This document shows positions 8,706 through 14,807 of a stretch of DNA of 17,309 nt, piece by piece (positions within the stretch are counted from its first letter, which is position 1; the number at the start of each line of letters is the position of its first letter). The notes under the pieces were generated by a model. It worked only from the letters and a program-made list of their open reading frames with translations, had not been told where the DNA came from and did not search any database. The position numbers and the translations under genes were made by a program. Source of the stretch: Candidatus Micrarchaeota archaeon (GTDB lineage Archaea > Micrarchaeota > Micrarchaeia > Norongarragalinales > SBBD01); NCBI GenBank assembly GCA_038046605.1, contig JBBSVW010000106.1, forward strand, positions 1-17,309, given 5' to 3'.

Positions 8706-10059
8706 GTGATGCACCCCTGATGGCCTCGACCATCGCCCTCATCTTCGCCTCCGTTTCCTGGAACTCGCGTTCAGGAATGGAATCGTAAACAATGCCCGCT
8801 CCCGCCTGTAGATGCGCCCTTTTTCCTGAAATGATTATGCTCCGGATGGTTATCGCAAAATCCATGTTTCCGGAGAAGTCGAAATAGCCAACAGCGCCAC
8901 CATAAGGCCCGCGCCTTTGCTTCTCGAACTTCTCTATGAGTTCCATCGCCCGGATTTTCGGAGCGCCGGACACGGTTCCCGCAGGCAGGCACGCCTTCAA
9001 CGCATCAAAACCGTCCTTTCCCTCCCGCAATTTGGCAGTGACATTCGAGACGATGTGCTGCACGTGGGAGTATTTTTCCACCCCCATCAGCTCATCCACG
9101 ATTACGCTGCCGGGCGCCGCGACCTTTCCCAAATCATTGCGGTGCAAATCCACCAGCATTATGTGCTCCGCCCGTTCCTTCTCATCCTGAAGCAGCTCTA
9201 TTTTCAGCTTCTCGTCCTCTTCAACATCCTCGGAACGCGGCCGCGTCCCCGCAATGGGCCTCGTTGTGAGGATGCCGTTTTCCAGCCTAACGAGCATTTC
9301 CGGGGAGGAGCCCATGATTTTCGAATCCCCGAAATCCAGGTAAAAAAGGTACGGGGACGGATTTATCCTACGCAAAATTTTATAGATCAGCGCCTCGTCG
9401 CCCTCGAAATCGAAGGAGACCCTGCGCGAGAGCACGGCCTGGAAGATATCACCGGCCTTTATGTGCACCTTCGCCTTCTCAACCGCAGCCTCGAATTCCT
9501 CCTTGGGAAAATCAGAGCGTTCCTTAAGAAGGGAAAATTCCGCAGAATGCTTCTGCCCCATTATTTTTTCGATTTCGCCGGAATCAGCCGGGCCATGCGA
9601 GATAAGGTAAATTTTACCATGGAGATGATCGAAGCATATCACCGATTCCGGAATTATGAAATGCATATCCGGCAAATCGAGGTCGTCCTGCAGTTCCGAT
9701 GGCAAATTCTCAAAATACCTCACGGCATCGTAGGATAGGTACCCCACCATCCCGCCAGAAAACGCCAGCGTAGGTATTTTTTCCGCCGAAAACCGGGAAA
9801 ATTGCTTCCGCAACTCATCGAATGGCCGCTTGGACTCGAATTTTTCCCTCCCCCCATTCATTACTTCGATCCCGCTCCCCTTTGCCTTGAAGGAAAAAAT
9901 GGGCTTGAAGCCGATGATGGAGAACCTCGCGGTCTTCTTAATTCCCTCGACGGACTCGAGCAGGAAGCATCCGCTGCCGAAATGCGCCCTTATTGAAAGG
10001 AACGCTTCGAATGGATTGGCGCTGCAGCGCAACTCTTTTACAGTAGTGGTTAGATGCAT
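8686..10059 (-). CDS. trpE: Anthranilate synthase component I
   Basis: LLES (Trp feedback motif), GDIFQAVLS, NPSPY, SSPE, PIAGT, EHIMLVDL.RND, PAGTVSGAPK, QAGAGIV.DS; GGTGA SD at 10064-10068. Confidence 0.97.
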   Translation of the reverse strand: MHLTTTVKELRCSANPFEAFLSIRAHFGSGCFLLESVEGIKKTARFSIIGFKPIFSFKAKGSGIEVMNGGREKFESKRPFDELRKQFSRFSAEKIPTLAFSGGMVGYLSYDAVRYFENLPSELQDDLDLPDMHFIIPESVICFDHLHGKIYLISHGPADSGEIEKIMGQKHSAEFSLLKERSDFPKEEFEAAVEKAKVHIKAGDIFQAVLSRRVSFDFEGDEALIYKILRRINPSPYLFYLDFGDSKIMGSSPEMLVRLENGILTTRPIAGTRPRSEDVEEDEKLKIELLQDEKERAEHIMLVDLHRNDLGKVAAPGSVIVDELMGVEKYSHVQHIVSNVTAKLREGKDGFDALKACLPAGTVSGAPKIRAMELIEKFEKQRRGPYGGAVGYFDFSGNMDFAITIRSIIISGKRAHLQAGAGIVYDSIPEREFQETEAKMRAMVEAIRGASHEDIAD

Positions 10060-10104
10060 AAAATCACCAAAAGCAAAGGCAGAATCAGCAAAAGCTCCGG
10101 CTAC

Positions 10105-10161
10105 TCAGGCACGCCAGGAGAACTTCTCAAAAACCATGGGATCTATAAGTCCGTTTACCAT
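10105..10161 (-). CDS. Putative trp operon leader peptide MVNGLIDPMVFEKFSWRA (alternative start 10137: MVFEKFSWRA)
   Basis: Read by hand: ATG GTA AAC GGA CTT ATA GAT CCC ATG GTT TTT GAG AAG TTC TCC TGG CGT GCC TGA. It lies between the TATA box and trpE and ends 45 nt before the trpE start. Confidence 0.6.
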   Translation of the reverse strand: MVNGLIDPMVFEKFSWRA

Positions 10162-10185
10162 AGTACTATTTTTAGGCGGATCAAA

Positions 10186-10195
10186 CTTTATAAAA
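10186..10195 (-). promoter_or_regulatory. TATA box of the trp operon
   Basis: TTTTATAAAG on minus, about 25 nt upstream of the leader ATG; BRE weak. Confidence 0.65.
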
Positions 10196-10243
10196 CTAAT
10201 GGATCGAATCGTTCATCAATCGGTCAACGCTCCCAGACGGGCT

Positions 10244-10260
10244 GAAAAGCGTTTTTTAAG
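10244..10260 (+). promoter_or_regulatory. BRE-TATA promoter of tRNA-Pro
   Basis: GAAAAGCG followed by TTTTTTAAG, ending 27 nt before the tRNA 5' end. Confidence 0.6.
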
Positions 10261-10287
10261 CTATACTTACCATTAATTGATCCGAAT

Positions 10288-10543
10288 GGGGTCGTGGGGT
10301 AATCTGGCATCCTACCGCCTTGGGGACTTTCCCTGCTAGCTTATGCGAAAAGCAATGAAAGCTAATGTGGCGGCGATCCGAGTTCAAAGGCCAAATGGTT
10401 TTGATTCGCGCGCAAATTCGTTTCTTGGCGGCGGAGCCGTTCGCCACCTTCTCCCACGAGAATTTGGTTCTCGGGGGCCGTGCAGACTTTGTCTGCCCGG
10501 TTTCTAAAGAAGGGGGCAAGGCATGAAAATCTCGGCGACCCCA
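10288..10543 (+). tRNA. tRNA-Pro(GGG) with two introns: 10326-10367 (37/38) and 10389-10529 (59/60)
   Basis: Exons 10288-10325, 10368-10388 and 10530-10543 join into a cloverleaf: acceptor GGGGTCG/CGACCCC, anticodon stem CCGCC/GGCGG, loop TT-GGG-GT, T arm CCGAG-TTCAAAT-CTCGG. Both junctions form BHB-type motifs. CCA is not encoded. Confidence 0.93.
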
Positions 10544-10553
10544 TGTCTGCAAC

Positions 10554-10586
10554 GGGGGGCATAGCCCCCCTTGACCAGACTGGTCA
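10554..10586 (+). repeat. Two adjacent inverted repeats downstream of tRNA-Pro
   Basis: GGGGGGC-ATA-GCCCCCC (10554-10570) and TGACCAG-A-CTGGTCA (10572-10586). Confidence 0.8.
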
Positions 10587-10651
10587 TTCCCCCCAAATTT
10601 GTGCTGCGAATTATTTTTTGCAACCTCCTGTTTTCGTCTCATTCCCATTTG

Positions 10652-10660
10652 TTTTTTAAC
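10652..10660 (+). promoter_or_regulatory. Possible TATA box of tRNA-Gly
   Basis: TTTTTTAAC about 25 nt upstream of the tRNA, with the same form as the tRNA-Pro promoter. Confidence 0.5.
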
Positions 10661-10684
10661 TGAAAGCACCAAAATATTGGGGAC

Positions 10685-10847
10685 GCGGCTGTGGTCTAGA
10701 TGCCTTTCCTTCCGGAAAAAAGCGCGTAGCGCCAAAATCCTTTCTTTTGCGGCGCCATACGCTTTTCTTTTGGAAAGAAAAGCAAGGCAGTGGTCAGGAT
10801 CTGGGCTTTCCAAGCCTATGGCACGGGTTCGAATCCCGTCAGCCGCA
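10685..10847 (+). tRNA. tRNA-Gly(TCC) with a 91-nt D-loop intron (10700-10790, position 15/16)
   Basis: Exons 10685-10699 and 10791-10847: acceptor GCGGCTG/CAGCCGC, anticodon stem TGGGC/GCCTA, TCC at 10809-10811, T arm ACGGG-TTCGAAT-CCCGT. Splice motif: central helix GTCT/AGGC with bulges AG^A and AG^T. Confidence 0.92.
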
Positions 10848-10861
10848 CTCTTTGACACCTA

Positions 10862-10884
10862 TAGGGGGGAAGGATTCCCCCCTA
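10862..10884 (+). repeat. Perfect 10-bp inverted repeat downstream of tRNA-Gly
   Basis: TAGGGGGGAA-GGA-TTCCCCCCTA. Confidence 0.8.
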
Positions 10885-10928
10885 CTCGTAGTCGCCTCTA
10901 CCCCCTTTCAAAACTTTGCAAATTTAAA

Positions 10929-11333
10929 TCAGACAATAAGCCTCATTTTCAGCTCGAAAAAAACATCCCCGTCGTAAAATATGCGGCTAGTGGGGATTAT
11001 TTTTTTGAAATTATTTTCGTTCTTATTTCCGCAGTTTATTTTCATGGAATTGGCGCGCGCATCGATGATTAAGCAGTAATTGCCAAGTTGGAAAATTAAA
11101 TCCTCAAATTCTGACCTTATTTTTTCTTTTGCAAGCAAATTCCCCCTCGAGAAATCGGCGAATTCCGAATAATAACCTTTCGCGGCGATTTGCTGGAAAT
11201 CGTTTGCGAGCTGCTGCAAATAAAGATCCGAATAGGTGGGAAGTGGCAAATAACGGATTGCGGAAATAAGCGAAATTGCAATTAGCAGCGTGATTGCCGC
11301 CTCAAGTGAAAAAATGAAGCCCTTATGCGCCAT
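10929..11333 (-). CDS. Pilin-like membrane protein with a class III (prepilin-type) signal peptide
   Basis: N-terminus MAHKG|FIFSLEAAITLLIAISLISAI has a basic residue, Gly and a hydrophobic helix. AATATATAG lies about 25 nt upstream on minus, suggesting a leaderless transcript. Confidence 0.7.
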   Translation of the reverse strand: MAHKGFIFSLEAAITLLIAISLISAIRYLPLPTYSDLYLQQLANDFQQIAAKGYYSEFADFSRGNLLAKEKIRSEFEDLIFQLGNYCLIIDARANSMKINCGNKNENNFKKIIPTSRIFYDGDVFFELKMRLIV

Positions 11334-11627
11334 GGAAAGAAAGGGCCGGAAGCTGCTATATATTCGTTTGGTAGATAAAAAATCAAAAGGAAGTTGATTC
11401 TGGTAGCAATTCTGCGATATGATTGCAATTTATCATCCAGTGCGATGCAGGGAAACGATCCAAAGGCTTGCCGATAAGGATGTTGAAAAGATGGCCGGGG
11501 GCGCCATTCGATAGAAAATAGCATCGGACAATGAGGAACATTTCTTCAGGGCGGCGACCAAAGGAGTTAAAAATAAGTTGCCACCATCCTTAAGTAATAA
11601 GTTTGATGAGGGAAGAGGGCGATTTGA

Positions 11628-14315
11628 ATGAAAAAGATGGTTACTTTTGCGATAATTGCATTGCTATTGCTGGCCTCGATTCAAATATCGGCATCGCCCA
11701 CAGCTTCCTTTGAAGGCAAGAGGGTCATAATCCTTTATAAGAACGAGGTCGGAAAGCAGGATATTGACGAGCTGGGGACGGTTGGCACAAAAATAATGAA
11801 AACCTTCAAGGCAATCAACGCCGTCTCCGCAGAAGTTGATGAGAATCGCATTGCGCAGATTGAATCGGACGAGGATGTGGTTGCCGTTTTCGAGGATTTC
11901 CGCGTCTTTGCATCACTTTCCGGCAGCGTTCCCCAAATCAATGCGGATGACGTGAATTTACTTGGCGGAAGCGGCATCGGGGTGAGGGTTTGCATCGTTG
12001 ACACCGGAGTGGATGATACCCATCCTTCCCTGAATGCGCTGGTTGCTGAATATGATTTTGTGAATCTCGATGCGGATGCGATGGATGACAACGGCCACGG
12101 AACGCATGTGGCGGGCATCGTCGCTTCCAAGCATTCAACTTACAAGGGAGTTGCACCGGGCGCATCCCTGATGGCGGCAAAGGTTTTGGATGCGCAGGGT
12201 TCCGGCTGGACTTCGGATGTTATTGCGGGCATAGATTGGTGCGTTGCAAACGGCGCGGACATAATTTCCATGAGCCTAGGCGCGGGCGCTTACAGCGGCA
12301 CGTGCGATACGTTGCCTATTGCGCAGGCAAGCAATACTGCAGTAGATCAGGGGGTCATGGTATTCGCTGCAACCGGAAACAACGGCTATATCAATTCAAT
12401 ATCCGCGCCGGCATGCGCAAGCAAAGTGATTGCAGTCGGAGCGGTTGATAAAAATGATGGCAGGACACCTTACTCCAATGAGGGAACAGGATTGGACATC
12501 GTCGCCCCCGGAACGAGCATAACCTCAACCTATTTGGGAGGCGGTTTTGCCACCCTTACCGGCACCTCGATGGCGACACCTCATGCTGCCGGGACTGCAG
12601 CGCTGCTTTTAGGGAAAAAGCCCGCTTTGACTACTGCGGAAGTGCGCTCCATCATGCTGGGCTCCGCTAAAGATTTGGGCGCAGCTGGCTTTGATACCAT
12701 TTATGGTTATGGCAGGGTGGATGCACTTGCCGCATGGAATGCTATCGCTGTTGGAAACCAGCCGCCGGTTGCGAATGCGGGGCCGGATAAAACAGCGAGC
12801 GATGCGGATGGAACCGGTTCGGAGGCAGTAATTCTTGATGGTTCCACTTCCTATGATCCCGATGGGATTATCACGAGCTATGAATGGAAGGAGGGCAACC
12901 TGACGCTGGGCACAACTGCGGTTCTAGCAAGCAGCTTTTCGATAGGGACACATACCATCAGCCTGACCGTAACCGACAACAATAATTCGCAATCGAGCGA
13001 TACCGCAATAGTTACTGTGAACGCGAATCAGCCGCCAATTGCAAACGCGGGTGCGGACCAAACGGCAATGGACTCCGATGGCAACGGTTTTGAAACATTC
13101 CTATTGAACGGTTCCGCATCCTCTGACCCCGATGGAACCATAGTAAGCTATGAATGGCAGGAGGGAGCAGCCGTTTTAGGAAATGGTGCAATGATCGCTT
13201 TCAATTTCACAGTTGGAATCCACAATGTGACCTTGAGAGTTACGGACGATTCCGGCGCAAGCAGCACGGATATGGCCACCATAACTGTTACTGCGTTTGC
13301 CAACCAGCCGCCGGTTGCGAATGCGGGGCCGGATAAAACAGCGAGCGATGCGGATGGAACCGGTTCGGAGACGGTCGCTCTTGACGGCTCTGCTTCCTAT
13401 GACACGGACGGCGCAATAGTTTCTTACGAATGGAAGGAGGGCGAAGTTGTTTTAGGAACCGGAGCAGTAATTTCCCCTGTTTTTGCAGTTGGAATGCACA
13501 CGGTTGTTTTGACAATAACGGATAATAATGGTGCGACGGCTTCTGACACGGCGATTGTAACGGTAAATGCAAACCAGCAGCCGGCCGCAAATGCGGGAGC
13601 GGACAAGAACGCTTACACAGGCCAAAATGTGGATTTCGATGGCTCCGCAAGCGCCGACCCCGACGGGAGCATTGTCAGTTATAGTTGGGATTTCGGGGAC
13701 TCCTTCAGTGCAACCGGTGTCACTGCAACTCACGCCTATTCCTCGCCGGGCACTTATACGGCAACACTTACCGTAACGGATAACGGAGGGTTGATGGCAG
13801 GAGATTTTGCCATTGCAACAATAAATGCCCAACCAACTACAATAGCAGTTTTTTCAGATGATTTCCAAAGCGGCGGGTTTGGCAAATGGACGGAGTCAAA
13901 TGAGTTCGACTGGAATGTTGAAAACCCTGCAGAGAGGAACATTCCCAGCTATCCTTCCTCCAATTTAGTCGCGCACGCGGACAAATGCACTTCCTCAAAG
14001 GGATGCATCCTGACGATGAAGACCGGCGCGAATTTAAGCGGCTACCTGAATGCCACCTTGAAATTCTGGAGATATGTGGACAACGATTTGGACAACGGCG
14101 AATTCCTGCAGGTTCAAGTGCTTAACGGCGCAAGCTGGAAAACAATATTCGAATGGAAGAACGGAAGCGGGGATGATGACACGTGGCACTACGAGACATA
14201 CGCCTTGCCGCCGGCTTACCTCACCGGCAATTTCAAGGCAAGGTTCGTCACGAAGGAAAGCTCATCAAGCGAGGATGCGGAAATCGATGACGTTTTGATT
14301 GAGGGAATAAGGTAG
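11628..14315 (+). CDS. Secreted S8 (subtilisin-family) serine protease: signal peptide, I9-like propeptide, catalytic domain, four PKD/Ig-like modules, C-terminal beta-rich domain
   Basis: Catalytic triad motifs IVDTGVD, NGHGTHVAGIVA, GTSMATPH; oxyanion-hole ATGN; four NQ(P/Q)PxANAGxD modules, the last with WDFGD. Confidence 0.95.
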   Translation: MKKMVTFAIIALLLLASIQISASPTASFEGKRVIILYKNEVGKQDIDELGTVGTKIMKTFKAINAVSAEVDENRIAQIESDEDVVAVFEDFRVFASLSGSVPQINADDVNLLGGSGIGVRVCIVDTGVDDTHPSLNALVAEYDFVNLDADAMDDNGHGTHVAGIVASKHSTYKGVAPGASLMAAKVLDAQGSGWTSDVIAGIDWCVANGADIISMSLGAGAYSGTCDTLPIAQASNTAVDQGVMVFAATGNNGYINSISAPACASKVIAVGAVDKNDGRTPYSNEGTGLDIVAPGTSITSTYLGGGFATLTGTSMATPHAAGTAALLLGKKPALTTAEVRSIMLGSAKDLGAAGFDTIYGYGRVDALAAWNAIAVGNQPPVANAGPDKTASDADGTGSEAVILDGSTSYDPDGIITSYEWKEGNLTLGTTAVLASSFSIGTHTISLTVTDNNNSQSSDTAIVTVNANQPPIANAGADQTAMDSDGNGFETFLLNGSASSDPDGTIVSYEWQEGAAVLGNGAMIAFNFTVGIHNVTLRVTDDSGASSTDMATITVTAFANQPPVANAGPDKTASDADGTGSETVALDGSASYDTDGAIVSYEWKEGEVVLGTGAVISPVFAVGMHTVVLTITDNNGATASDTAIVTVNANQQPAANAGADKNAYTGQNVDFDGSASADPDGSIVSYSWDFGDSFSATGVTATHAYSSPGTYTATLTVTDNGGLMAGDFAIATINAQPTTIAVFSDDFQSGGFGKWTESNEFDWNVENPAERNIPSYPSSNLVAHADKCTSSKGCILTMKTGANLSGYLNATLKFWRYVDNDLDNGEFLQVQVLNGASWKTIFEWKNGSGDDDTWHYETYALPPAYLTGNFKARFVTKESSSSEDAEIDDVLIEGIR
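12756..13370 (+). repeat. Identical 69-nt direct repeat (12756-12824 and 13302-13370) in PKD-like modules 1 and 3
   Basis: Both copies encode NQPPVANAGPDKTASDADGTGSE with identical codons. Confidence 0.9.
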
Positions 14316-14319
14316 CTGC

Positions 14320-14330
14320 TTTTTTCTCTT
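14320..14330 (+). terminator. Oligo-T archaeal-type terminator after the protease
   Basis: TTTTTTCTCTT begins 5 nt after the stop codon. Confidence 0.5.
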
Positions 14331-14402
14331 AGGCGGCTGTGCGGCAGCTTGCCGGTTAGGCGGAAGAAATCCGTTTGGTGGAAAAAATAAAGGAAGTTGA
14401 TT

Positions 14403-14807
14403 TCATTGCAGCAATTCGGCGATTTCAGGCGTATTTAGCACCAGCACCTTTTCTTGATTTTTCAATTTGGCGTCATTTGACCAAATGGGAAAGCCAAGCG
14501 CCAGGGCCAATTCAAAATAACGGAAATCATCTGGATCGGGGGAAATTGTCTTGGCTTCGTGTTCAAATTTCAAGGATTCGCGTCTGCTGATGATCTTCAA
14601 TCTGTCAAACAACAGTCTCTCAAGCAATCCTAATTGAGGGAAATCAACTTCAGACTTGTCAAATATTTCTTCCCTATATTTACCGTATTCAAACAACAGG
14701 AAATCCGGTGCATAGATATTCAGGTTAGATTGCAGAATAAGCCTCCTGGTGAACGAATTCTTTGAAAAGCATCCGAGGAGTATGTTCGCATCAATTACGA
14801 CCTCAAC
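14403..14807 (-). CDS. PIN-domain (VapC-like) ribonuclease; expected start position is GTT, so possibly a pseudogene
   Basis: VVIDANIL, APDFLLFE, DPDD..Y..LAL, IWSNDAKL give the acidic PIN residues. The upstream part of the 272-aa ORF call overlaps the antitoxin and looks spurious. Confidence 0.85.
   Translation of the reverse strand, partial: VEVVIDANILLGCFSKNSFTRRLILQSNLNIYAPDFLLFEYGKYREEIFDKSEVDFPQLGLLERLLFDRLKIISRRESLKFEHEAKTISPDPDDFRYFELALALGFPIWSNDAKLKNQEKVLVLNTPEIAELLQ

Noticed and set aside
8917-9738. 273-aa + strand ORF antisense to trpE
   Set aside because: Codon-mirror of trpE with no independent coding evidence.
10389-10529. Group I intron, C/D guide or hammerhead interpretation of the long tRNA intron, and a nested BHB in its first hairpin
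   Set aside because: Too short for group I; no RUGAUGA/CUGA boxes or CUGANGA core; the candidate nested motif has two G-U pairs, pyrimidine bulges and no inner stem.
10256-11072. ORFs 10256-10858 (-), 10362-10562 (-), 10599-11072 (+) and 10747-10977 (+)
   Set aside because: They run through the tRNA genes and their introns; none resembles a homing endonuclease or other protein.
11370-11600. Possible small ORF (MIAIYHPVRC..., 31 aa) in the pilin-protease intergenic region
   Set aside because: Too short, with no clear initiation signal or motif.
12756-13830. Repeats considered as a CRISPR array or a DGR template/variable pair
   Set aside because: They are in-frame protein-domain repeats, with no spacers, adenine-specific mismatches or reverse transcriptase.
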